From Octopus vulgaris (lineage: Eukaryota), in contig OX597830.1 in assembly GCA_951406725.2 (NCBI GenBank), forward strand, positions 50,096,001 through 50,160,000: 64,000 nucleotides of DNA, read 5' to 3'. The translations under genes were made by a program, and so were the position numbers. Below are positions 52,281 through 64,000 of this stretch, one piece after another. Below the pieces are notes generated by a model, which made no database searches, had not been told where the DNA came from, and saw only the letters and a list, made by a program, of their open reading frames with translations. The stretch's first letter is position 1. The number at the start of each line of letters is the position of its first letter.

Positions 52281-53365
52281 ACACACACACATGGAAAGCT
52301 TCATTCAGTTTCTGTCTATCAAATCCACTCACAAGACTTTGGTTGGTCCAAGGCTATAGTAGAAGACATTTGCCCAAGGTGCCACACAGTGGGACTGAAC
52401 CCAAAACCGTGTGGTTGGGAAGCAAGCTTCTTAACACATAACTATAATCCTTTCTACTATAGGCACAAGGCCTGAAATTTTGGGATAGGCAATAGTTGAT
52501 TACATCAGTCCCAGTGTTCAACTGGTACTTATTTTATGACCCCGAAAGGATGAAAGGCAAAGTCAACCTTGGTGGAATTTGAACTCAGAACACAGCAACA
52601 GAAGAAATACTGCTAAGCATTTCTCCTGGTATGCTAACGATTCTGCCAGCTTGCTGCTTTACCACATAACAGTAATAACAGAAGATCCAGGAACCAAGGT
52701 GACCAATAATGTTCTAGCTATGATTATATACCTATTTATTCAGGCATAGTGTATCTAGGATTACATTATCAAATATACCATTCTTTGTTGTTTGTTTAGC
52801 TTTCAGATGAATGCTGATATCATCATCATCATCACCACCACCAACATTTAACATCTGTTCTCCATGCTGGCATGGGTTGGATGGCTTGACAGCAACAGAA
52901 AAGACCAGGGACAGCACCAGGTTCCACAGTCTGTTTTGGTTTGGTTTCTACAGCTGGATGCCCTTCCTAATGTCAGCCACCCTACTAGGTCTACAGGGTG
53001 CTTTTTACATGGCACCAGCACCCTCACCAATGCTTTTTAATTGGCACCTTGGTCTGAGGAACTCAGACTTGAAATATTCCAGGTACGACAAAGTATCATC
53101 TTTTCTAAGAGAGGCAAGTGATGATTTTCATAGGTGGTGAGATGGCAGAATCGTTAGCACACCGGGCGAAATGCTTAGTGGTATTTTGTCTGCTGTTACA
53201 TTCTGAGTTCAAATTCTGCCAAGGTCGACTTTGCCTTTCGTCTTTTCGTAGTCAATAAATTAAGTACCAGTTACGCACTGAGGTCGATGTAATCAACTTA
53301 ATCCCTTCGTCTGTCCTTGTTTGTCTCCTCCAAGTTTAGCCCCTTGTGGGCAATAAAAAAAATAA
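51730..53365. mobile_element. Cluster of SINE B (51730-51945 -, 52445-52660 -, 53132-53365 +), SINE A (52105-52440 -) and an RTE-tail element (52820-53050 -)
   Basis: Homology to the families described above. Confidence 0.75.
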
Positions 53366-53604
53366 GATTTTCATTGATTTAGCTGCTATTTCAAGCAATT
53401 TTGGTGTCACTCTGGAAGCCGCATTCACTGACTCAAAATGATTGTTTATTGTGTAAGGTACATCTGTATGTGTATATCATGTATAAGTGTGTTGTGATGA
53501 GTAGTGTTTATGGTATATGTGTATCTATGATGTATTAGTTTGTTGTAATTATGTAATACCTATAAGATATTAACATAAATGTGTGTGTGTGTGTGATGTA
53601 TTTT

Positions 53605-54126
53605 TATATGAGGCAATGACTAGTGACTGGGACTTCTGGTGATATTCTGTGTTTGAGAAGGCCCAGCAAGCCCGGTGAAATCATAGTCGTGGCTGATGCA
53701 GGTGTCACATAACTGACATCTGTGCCAGTGGCACATAAAATCATCTTTCGAGTGTTGGGCCTTCTGGAGGCAGGATGGCCACTACTGGTGGCACATGAAA
53801 AGCACCTTTTGAATGATGGGTCTCACAGAGGTAATGACGAATGACTGAGACCTTTGGCTTTGGCATTGTGCGGTGATCCATCAAGCCAGGTAAAACTGTA
53901 TTCATGGCAGATACTGGAGTCATGCAAATGGCACCTGTGCCAGTGGCATGGGAAAGCACCCATGACACTCTTGGAGTGGCTGGCATTAGAAAGGGCATCC
54001 AGCTGTAGAAAGCAGCATGCTAAATCAGACTGGAGTCTGGTGCAGCCTTCCAGCTGGCCAGCCCTGGTCAAACGTCCAACCCATGCCAGCATGGATAGTG
54101 GCTGTCAAAAGATGATGATGATGATG
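53605..54126 (+). mobile_element. Decayed RTE 3' end
   Basis: End-of-ORF remnant, GTGGCACA repeats, AAGGGCATCCAGCTGTAGAAA, (GAT)n. Confidence 0.75.
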
Positions 54127-54147
54127 TGTTTCAGTGGTCATGGTATG

Positions 54148-54178
<31 letters not shown>

Positions 54179-57100
54179 ATGTGTGTGTGAGTGTGTCGAG
54201 GTTGTATAGTGTCTGTAGCATATTAACATGTGTGAGTGCATACATGGTATATTAGTGTGTGTGTGTGTTATGTTATGTTCTCTGTGTGTGTGTGTGTTGT
54301 GTTATGTGCTGTGTGTATGTTGTGTGTGTGTGTGTGTGTGTGCTTGTGTAATATTATAGGGTAGTCTGTGCTGTGTTGTGAATGTATATTCGAGAAGGAA
54401 GCACCAGCAGTATTAGCGTCTATATTTGGTACATCCCAGACATTTTCTCATTCTGTTACAGACTTGTCAGACATTGTACAACTTAACAAACCATTTACAA
54501 TTCCTGGATATATTTCAAAAGCAAAACGGTTGTGTAGCATTATTCTTACACACGGCACTGAAATAGTTAAAATGTCATCTTGAAGAGAAATACAGAAATA
54601 ACTGTGTGTTCTTTATCCAAAGATCAATGAGTATTTCAGATTCTTTTTTAGTTTTCTGTGAACTCTTCCTAATCAAAAATGCCAATAGATTGCCATAGAA
54701 ACCATAAAATAAGCATTAATATTTCAAATAACTTTGGTAACATACCGACCTCCACTTGATAACCAAACAGTTTCATCTCACAATCCTTTATCACTCATAT
54801 TCTTCTAGTATTCTTCACTTCTAAAACTAGAATACAATTCTAAATCTTTCCAATATTTGCTTTTGTTTGTCCTATTCCACTCCATACCAGCCCATACCAT
54901 TCCTGGAATCAACTCTAAAATTATAATAAAATGCTAAATCTTTAATGAAATTCTGTGATAAGAGAATATTTAGAAACTGTTTTGTCTCCTCTTTGAGTAT
55001 TTCACAGAAGTCTGCAGGTGCAGGAAATACAGTGAAAGGAAGCACCATTACAAGGAATTATTCCTGCAACTACAGCAAACACTAAAAGATGACTGGTGCT
55101 GGCTTTAGTTCGTTTGCTTTTTAACAAATAAATTAATCCATTATTTATTTTCTCATTAACAACAGTTAATTAGCTTTGCTTCAATTATTACATTTCGATC
55201 GCTACTCTGTTGTTACAAATTCTGCCACAATGTTGACAGTTTCAGTTATTGATCATACAAATATTTAGTTGTGTGATCAATCACCAATTATATTGTCTTT
55301 TAATTATTGATACTCTAAACAATTGATTATTTTCTTACACTAATCAATTTTCTATAATTACTATGTGATATTCCAATTACTGTACCAGCAACTATATTGA
55401 AATATAAACTTTACTGATGAGCTTCAAACAAGACTGAAACCAGTTTACATTTGTTTCTTGTATTTGCCAGGAAAATGAAGATAATATTTACTCGCTGACT
55501 TATGTTTTTTCTTTCCCCCTTCAACGCATCGTTAATTATAGATATTTTTAATGATCTGTGTATTAAATATGTCAATATTAACTAGTATGAGAATGAAAGG
55601 CATCTGGAAGTGGAGCTTTGATCTGGGAGTTCCAGAGTTTTGGGGAGTGTGAAGTCATGTCTTATCTACTATTGTTCCCAGGTTTGACTCAGAGTAGGAG
55701 CACCTGTCAGGGTCCCACCTATGGTTTAATCAACATATTAGGGCTTGCCTATGCCTACATATGCATGTGAGGACAGGATCCAATGGACTCTACAAAAGAA
55801 ACTTCATGATACAGTGATGAAGAAGATGACTGTAGCAATGCCTTATGGAGAGCAGAGAATGAGACGAGATGAGTAAGACATCTTCATCATCCATTGCATC
55901 TGTCTCCATCCTCGGTCATCTTGCTTTGATCTTACTCCAGGACTGAGGACAGGCACAGAGGAGTGAGTGAGGCTGATGGTGTGCAACACTTAAACAAAGC
56001 CACCATGCAAGCCATCAGTCATCCTTAAGGACAACTAGAAGGTCCTTTACATTCTAACTGATGAATACAATTAATTTGTACACCTACACATTTATTTGTT
56101 CCTCCCTCTTTTTCTCCTCCCCCTCGCAGTCTCTTTCTTGCTCTCGCTGTACACTTACACAAACACCTGTATATACAAAGAAATAGGTATTTTGTCTGCC
56201 GCTATGTTCTGAGTTCAAATTCTGCCGAGGTCAACTTTGCCTTTCATCCTTATGGGGGTCGATAAATTAAGTACCAGTTACGCACTGGGGCTGATGTAAT
56301 CGACTTAATCCATTTGTCCTTGTTTGTCTCCGCTGTGTTTAGCCCCTTGTGGGTAGTAAAGAAATAGGTATTTCTTTGTGAGAGTGGGGTTTACAGCTTA
56401 GTCAAAGGAGGAAAAGTAACTTAATGAAATTTCCAAACTTGTAAGAAGTACCTGGGTAACTAAACTGAATGACCCTTGCGACAAGCTTCCAAACATGTAT
56501 TAACACTTCTGTTGAAATACACAGCTTTTGCTTCAATTAATTTAGAATATAATTAAGTGTCTAGCAAAGTAACTTCGTCATCATTAATCTGGTGCTCGGA
56601 ACAGACTGTAAAACTCCAATGGAAAGTTTTAAGTTTAGATCTCTTTGAAACAACTGGTTTGCATCGTAAAACCAGGGGCATTTTGGGGAGGAGAGTATCA
56701 AAAAGATTAATGCCTACCAAATTCCACTCACAAAACTTCAGAGTATCTGAGGTTATGGTAGAATCCTCTCAAGGTGCCATGCAGTAGGACTGAGCTGAAA
56801 ACCACCTTGCTATGAAGTAAACTCATAAACCCAACAGCAAAGCTTTTCCCCTTTCCTTATCAGCAGGGTTTACTTTTAATTATTGCTGTTGCTTTCAGTA
56901 AAAGAGATTTTATTGGAAAAAGACCAAACTTATTTCCAATTTTTTTCTTTTCATGGTGCTGGAGGCAGAGCCATCTTTACAGTACTTTGCCCCAGGGCAA
57001 ACCACTGCATTAGATTCTATTACATTCATTTACTGATAACAAATCACAAAATGCAAAGATCATAATTAGGCCCCTAGGCCTATGAGACCCCTGGGTGAAT

Positions 57101-57604
57101 ATCTATTGTATCCATGCCTTCAGACAATGCTGGGTAGAGGTGTGTGGTGTCAATGAATAATCTCTAGCTGTGTGTGAAGAAAACTGTATACACAGCTATT
57201 TTATACTGTACTGGTGTATGGTATAGATGGACTAAACATTGCTTAGTGTGCATAATTAACTAGATACATCTTCTAATCTATACCGTATCGTTATTGATGC
57301 AGATAGATAAACACTGTTTGCACTGTGCTTAGTTAACTATATACATATTCCAATCTATACTACAGTAATGGCCAAAAGTTGGGAACATTTAAAAAAAATT
57401 GAAACTCTTATGCCCAAGTATTATTCAAATATATGCAACATAGAGATATAATTACCCAATAATTTTTATAGAATCCCACCATATCACTGTAAATAATAAT
57501 AATATATTGCAAATAAAATATAACATTGGGTATTTTATATAAAGCTTCCAGTCTTCAAACCTATGTTTCAAACTAATGCTACTTCATAATAATCCTTATT
57601 ATTA

Positions 57605-58035
57605 GGCATAGGAGTGGCTGTGTGGTAAGTAGCTTGCTTACCAACCACATGGTTCTGGGTTCAGTCCCACTGTGCGGCACCTTGGGCAAGTGTCTTCTAC
57701 TATAGCCTCGGGCCAACCAAACCCTTGTGAGTGGATTTGGTAGACGGAAACTGAAAGAAGTCCGTCGTATGTATGTATGTGTGTGTGTGTGTGGGTGTGT
57801 GGGTGTGTATGTTTGTGTATCTGTGTTTGTCCCTCTCCTCCCAACATCACTTGACAACCGATGGTGGTGTGTTTACATCCCCGTATCTTAGCGGTTCAGC
57901 AAAAGAGACCGATAGAATAAGTACTAAGCTTACAAAGAATAAGTCCTGGGGTTGATTTGCTCGACTAAAGTCGGTGCTCCAGCATGGCCACAATCGAATG
58001 AATGAAACAATTAAGAGAGAGAGAAATAAAAGAGG
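57605..58035 (+). mobile_element. SINE family A, full length
   Basis: Homology to 5231 and 28860. Confidence 0.88.
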
Positions 58036-58381
58036 AAATATATATACACACACACACACAGTGGTACTGACTTCATAGCTTCCCCTGCATGCGATGTGTT
58101 GCTAACTGTTCAGCAACACTCATTAACTTAATCTATCAGCCAAGTTAAAAATAAACCACTTTGCCCCACCAGTTGCCTTTTGCAGGGTTTCCCCAATTTC
58201 AAGTAATCAGGCTAACTTTTCACATCTGAAAATGAGTTCCTCCCTTCTCACTATTCATACTGACCCTAAAAAGGGTCAGTAAATGCCCTTTTACTTCAAA
58301 TGCAGAAAAAAAAAAAACACACTGTGGTTTTATCTAAGCTCACATTATTTGTGATGTTTCATTAACTAGTATTTCACTGGT

Positions 58382-58775
58382 ATCATCATCATCATCATCA
58401 TCGTTTAACGTCCGCTTTCCATGCTAGCATGGGCTGGACGATTTTGACTGAGGGCTGGCGAACCAGACGGCCACACCAGGCTCCAATCTTGATCTGGCAG
58501 AGTTTCTACAGTTGGATGCCCTTCCTAACGCCAACCACTCCGAGAGTGTAGTGGGTGCTTTTTACGTGCCACCGGCACGGGGCCAGTCAGGCGGTACTGG
58601 CAATGACCTCACTCGAATCTTTTTACACATGCCACCGGCACAGGTGCCAGTAAGGCGATGCTGGCAACGACCTCGCTCGAATGGTGTCTTTTATGTGCCA
58701 CCGGCACAGAGGCCAGATAGCTGCTCTGGCTACGATCATGCTCGGATGGTGCTCTTAATACCCTACTAGCATGGG
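58382..58775 (-). mobile_element. RTE 3' UTR fragment
   Basis: Closely similar to 14152-14712. Confidence 0.85.
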
Positions 58776-59097
58776 GCTCGTGCAAGTATGAATAATAATG
58801 AATAAATTATGAATAAATATGAATAATAATCACTTTCCTACATTCTTTATCAAAGCATCTACCCTTCTAGCTACCTAGGTATTGCCCCACCCAACCATCT
58901 TCCTACCCACGTATTTAACAATCTACCAATCTACCTACCTACTCATTTTCTTCATTTATACATTGCTTTGTTGTTCTGTGGAAGTGAAGACAACAGAATG
59001 GAAAGTGGGGGTGGGGGGTGGGGCAGCTATGAAGCCCCTTTTTTTCTGCAATCATGAGATTTGATAAAAAAAAAGTGTAATTAAGAGAGTAAGAAAG

Positions 59098-59132
<35 letters not shown>

Positions 59133-59189
59133 TCAGGCTTAATGGAAAATAAAATAGGGAAATGAGAAGCACCAAAAGGAAATACTTCT

Positions 59190-59580
59190 ACACACACATA
59201 CAACCAAGCACACGCACGCACACACAAACATATACACACATACACGCATACAACCATACACACACACACACACTCAACCATACACACTCACAACCAAGCA
59301 CACGCACACACACAACCAAGCACACGCACACACACAACCAAGCACATACACACACACACAACATGCACTCATATACACACTCACAACCAAGCACACACAC
59401 ACACATACACAAACACACACAAACATGCACACACATACACACATACAACCATGCACACACACACTCAACCATACACACTCACAACCATACACACACACAC
59501 ACACAACCAAGCACACACACAACCAAGCACACACACAACCAAGCACACACACAACCAAGCACACACACACACACATACAT
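59190..59580. repeat. CA-rich minisatellite (CACACAACCAAG-like)
   Basis: Direct inspection. Confidence 0.85.
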
Positions 59581-60310
59581 GCAACTGTATATGTATGTAG
59601 ACACAGGCAAACACACACAGAGAAAGCCTACAATAGTAATAAAAAGGGAAAAACAGGAAAAAAACCATGTTCATTCTTACTTTGGGTCATAAAAGAAAGA
59701 GATTGGTAAATTCTTTATAGGAAGATAATGTGGGGGGAGGGGAGGGGGGTTGTAACTAAAGACTCCCTTGCACATCATGGCACAGCATCACATATACAAA
59801 CAAGCATATACACATATATAAGTGTGTGTATACACACATACAAGTATTTGCATAAGTGGTGGGTGTATGTATGTGTATATATATATATATCTATATCTAT
59901 CTATCTATCAATCTATCTATATATATATATGTGTGTGTGTATATATATATATATCAATCTATTTATCTATCTATCTATGTATATCTATCTATGTATATCT
60001 ATCTATCTATCTTTCGTTCTGTTGATTTTTTCGTCTTCTTGTGATGTCCTGTACGTGTATATATATATATATATGCATGTATATATACATGTAGATGTCG
60101 GTACGTACATATATGTTTGTATGTATGCATATATTTTATTTATTACACTATATATATATATATACACACACACAAACACAACGTAATGAAAACTATGGCT
60201 ATACAGAGAACAAGAGATATTCTGAGCACCCTTCCATTAACTTTGATAAACACCTTTGTGTGTGCATGTGTGTATGTACATGTGTCTATGTGTATATATA
60301 CATGTGTCTA

Positions 60311-60341
<31 letters not shown>

Positions 60342-60475
60342 AAATCCAGAAGAAGCTTCAGGTGATATTACTATTATGTCAAAGAAATAAAATATAATAA
60401 AAATAGGGTGTGATGGTGGTGGTGGCGGTGGTGGGGGTTTGAGTCAGGCTGAGAAAGAGAGAGCACCTGTATATA

Positions 60476-60515
<40 letters not shown>

Positions 60516-61125
60516 TTTATGCTGTGGGGGTGGGGAAGAGGTTAGCTGGAAGATATAAAATGAGGCCCTAAAACTGCCCCCCCCCCAACCGGGAAGATTT
60601 ATTGGAGTAACAAGACCCATCTGTCAGGAGATTTATGGAAATAAGAATAACAACATGGCACTTCCCTGTTCTGCCTTCTCCTAATCACCCAACACTTTCT
60701 CCTTTTATCTCAGCATTACACACACACACACACATGTATGTATGTATGCGTCTGTGTGCATCTGTGCGTATACATACAATCACACACACACATATATATA
60801 TATATATATACACATATATATATGCAAATACCACACACAGGTGGTTTGGTTTTTGCCATCCCATGTTCATGTTACTCTGCAGTTTCTTCCTTGCCGTGCT
60901 GCTGCTTTTGCAAACGAGTCAACCTGACACGTTCGAAAAAACGCAGCTTCAGCAGCTGTTGCACACTGTGTAAAACTGCAGTGCAACAGGCCAACGGAAT
61001 GGCAGAAATGAACTACTGCACTTGATCTTTGTATTGAGTACTTGACCAGATCATTACTCAAACAAAACATTCATATTTATTACCATGGTATCCACCTACA
61101 TATCTATTAACTTATACATACGTCT

Positions 61126-61518
61126 ACTCTTTTACTTGTTTCAGTCATGTGACTGTGGCCATGCTGGAGCACCGCCTTTAGTCGAGCAAATCAACCCCGG
61201 GACTTATTCTTTGTAAGCCTAGTATTTATTGTATTGGTCTCTTTTGCCGAACCGCTAAGATACGGGGACATAAACACACCAGCATCGGTTCTCAAACGAT
61301 GTTGGAGTGACAAACATAGAGACACAAACACACACAAATATATATACATATATATGATGGGCTTCTTTCAGTTTCCATCTACCAAATCCACTCACAAGAC
61401 GTTGGTTGGCCCGGGGCTATAGTAGAAGACACTTGCCCAAAGTGCCATGCAGTGGGACTGAACCCAGAACCATGTGGTTGGTAAGCAAGCTACTTACCAC
61501 ACAGCCACAGCTACGCCT
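61126..61518 (-). mobile_element. SINE family A, full length
   Basis: Homology to 28860-29264. Confidence 0.88.
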
Positions 61519-61591
61519 ATTTTTGTTAATGATTCTTCTACAGGAAGGGTCATTAAAAAAAATATACATGTATAAAATATATGTATATATA

Positions 61592-62018
61592 CATCATCAT
61601 CATCATTTAACGTCCGCTCTCCATGCTAGCATAGGTTGGACGGTTCAACTGGGGTCTGGGAAGCCAGAAGGCTGCACCAGGCCCAGTCTGATCTGGCAGT
61701 GTTTCTACAGCTGGATGCCCTTCCTAATACCAACCAATCCGTGAGTGTAGTGGGTGTTTTTTACATGTCACCAGCACAGGTGCCAGACAAGGCTGGCAAA
61801 TGTCCACGATCGGCTGGTGCTTTTTACGTGCCACCAGCACAGAGGCCAGATGAGACTGGCAACGGCTACGATCAGATGGTGCTTTTTACATGCCACCAGC
61901 ATGGAGGCCAGTGAGGTTGGCGCTGGCAATGGCCACGTTCGGATGGTTCTCTTACATGCCACCGGTATCACAGCTACAATTACCATTGATGTTGATCGTT
62001 TTCGATTTTGATTTTGAT
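61592..62018 (-). mobile_element. RTE 3' UTR fragment
   Basis: Tail, palindrome-like end, internal repeats. Confidence 0.85.
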
Positions 62019-62445
62019 TATACATACATACGTACATATATGTATACACACATACACTCACACACACATGCACATAGTTTATAGATTAGAGACAGGTATT
62101 CTCTGGATAGAACACACTTCACAGAGCTGAAGAGATTTGAACTCGAGCAAGTAGTGGAGGGGTAAATGTAAGGAGCAGCAAGTTAACCAAATTAACCAAA
62201 TCAATATACAAAAAATGTTAAATACATTTAATACAAAGAATGTGCAATATGTATATTATATATGTAAAACTCCTACTCAACCCTGGCCACCCCCATAGTT
62301 TCTGATATCATTTCCATTCTGTGTCAGTTGGACTTCTTTTATATGTAGACATATGTACATTCTTTGTATTAAATTTAATTAACATCTTTTTGTATATCAA
62401 CTTGACTGACTTGCTTCTTCTTACATTTACTCATGTATATACATG

Positions 62446-62485
<40 letters not shown>

Positions 62486-62757
62486 CACACATACACACAC
62501 ACATATATATACACACACATATAAATATGTATACATACATATCCACATATAAATATGTATACATACATATATCCACATATATACATATATACATATATAT
62601 ATACGTACACATACACATGCAAACATACATATATTCATATGTATAAATATATCTCCATATAAACATACAGATCTACATATATATATAAACATATCTATAT
62701 ACATATATGTATACATATATATACATAAATACATATACATATAAATATACATATATA

Positions 62758-63062
62758 CATAACAACAATACGGCACAATTATTTCACCTCAATTGGCCCC
62801 GCTCTCTTTAACATTACACCAAAACACATTAAAACAGAAACTGACCCTATAGGGTTCAAGAAGTCTTTGGACAGATTCCTTCAAGAAATCCCGGATAAAC
62901 CCCCTACACCCGGATATGTCTCTGTAAACAATAACTCTCTACTTGAGTGGGCCATAGTGCCCAAATTCTGACTTGAAAGACTTCACCAGGTGGTGCTATT
63001 AAGTTAGACATGGCCTGGGCCAATAATGGCCGAAACCTATCAAAGTATCAAAGTATCAAAGT
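62758..63062 (+). mobile_element. CR1-like LINE 3' fragment with (ATCAAAGT)n tail
   Basis: Open frame TIRHNYFTSIGPALFNITP...FKKSLDRFLQEIPDKP...SLLEW...stop, typical of CR1-group ORF2 ends; short 3' UTR; 8-mer tail. Confidence 0.75.
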
Positions 63063-63621
63063 ATATAAACATATCTATATACATATATGTATACACATAT
63101 ATACATAAATACATATACATATAAATATACATATATATATATATATATATATGCATACATACATACATATACACATACTTACACATATATACACACACAT
63201 ACATACATATATGCACAAATATTTACCACTGCATCATCTATATTACCTGCCTGCCTGTCCACCTGTCCGCCTTGATGTAGATAAGTTTCAGTTTGAATAT
63301 CAGTATTTTGGTGTATGCACATAAAATGGCGGTAGGAAGACAATTCGAGGGGATAGCATTGTAGGGAGGAAGGTATGGCTAGGGATCAGTATGGGTATTA
63401 GGAGAGGAGATAAGACATGATGGACAGAGAAGGTATAATGGTTAGAGTGGGGCCCAGGAGAGTGAGAATGAGTGACCAGAGGAGAAGTTGTGGTTAGGTT
63501 GGGGCATAAGGCAAACAGAATGGATGACCAGAGGAGAAGTGTGAGTACTAAGTGTGAAGCTCACGAGGGATTAAATACAGTAAGATAAAATGCAACTTCA
63601 CTGATTCTTCTATCTTTAAAT

Positions 63622-63834
63622 GAGAGAGAGAGAGTGCACTCATGTGTGTTGAGTGCACCTGTGTGTGTGTGAATGTGTGTGTATAAGTGAGAGAGAGAGA
63701 GAGAGTGAGAGAGTGCACCTGTGTGTGTGTGAATGTGTGTGTATAAGTGAGAGAGAGAGAGAGAGTGAGAGAGTGCACCTGTGTGTGTATGAGTGAGAGA
63801 GAGAGTGAGAGAGTGCACCTGTGTGTGTATGAGT

Positions 63835-63865
<31 letters not shown>

Positions 63866-64000
63866 CGAGAGAGTGCACTCATGTGTGTTGAGTGCACCTG
63901 TGTGTGTGTGAATGTGTGTGTATGAGTGAGAGAGAGAGAGAGAGTGAGAGAGTGCACCTGTGTGTGTATGAGTGAGAGAGAGAGTGAGAGAGTGCACCTG
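63622..64000. repeat. Compound GAGTGCACCT-(GT)n-(GA)n satellite
   Basis: Units of ~38-60 bp repeat to the window end. Confidence 0.9.

Noticed and set aside
55403-55448. CTGATGAG...GAAAC hammerhead-like text
   Set aside because: Stem II does not pair convincingly, stem I is offset, and there is no proper UH cleavage site.
57361-57390. TA-CAGT...GGCCAAAAGT Tc1-like terminal repeat
   Set aside because: No matching opposite terminus or transposase found nearby.

Overview
AT-rich, microsatellite- and retroposon-dense animal DNA. The SINE/RTE repertoire is typical of an octopod cephalopod (Octopus sp.; inferred, not proven). The only host gene I can support is a minus-strand class-I myosin (MYO1A/B-like). 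Two coding exons are visible (39263-39397 and 20290-20405), separated by an 18.9-kb intron. The next (P-loop) exon was not found, so 1-20289 is probably intron too. The rest is RTE-clade LINE copies (with a PHD-type C4HC3 finger inside the RT region), several tRNA-derived SINE families, TTAA-flanked piggyBac-type MITEs, a non-autonomous Helitron, a CR1-like 3' fragment and simple repeats. Almost all short ORFs in the track are microsatellite artefacts. Most interesting: a tRNA-headed retroposon carrying a minimal Penelope-type hammerhead ribozyme. It occurs as head-to-head fold-back insertions (7038-7572, with a 10-bp target-site duplication around the whole palindrome; again at about 27470-27862). 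A second hammerhead family (36154-36195) and several long inverted repeats are also present. Repeat boundaries were read by eye and are approximate unless stated.
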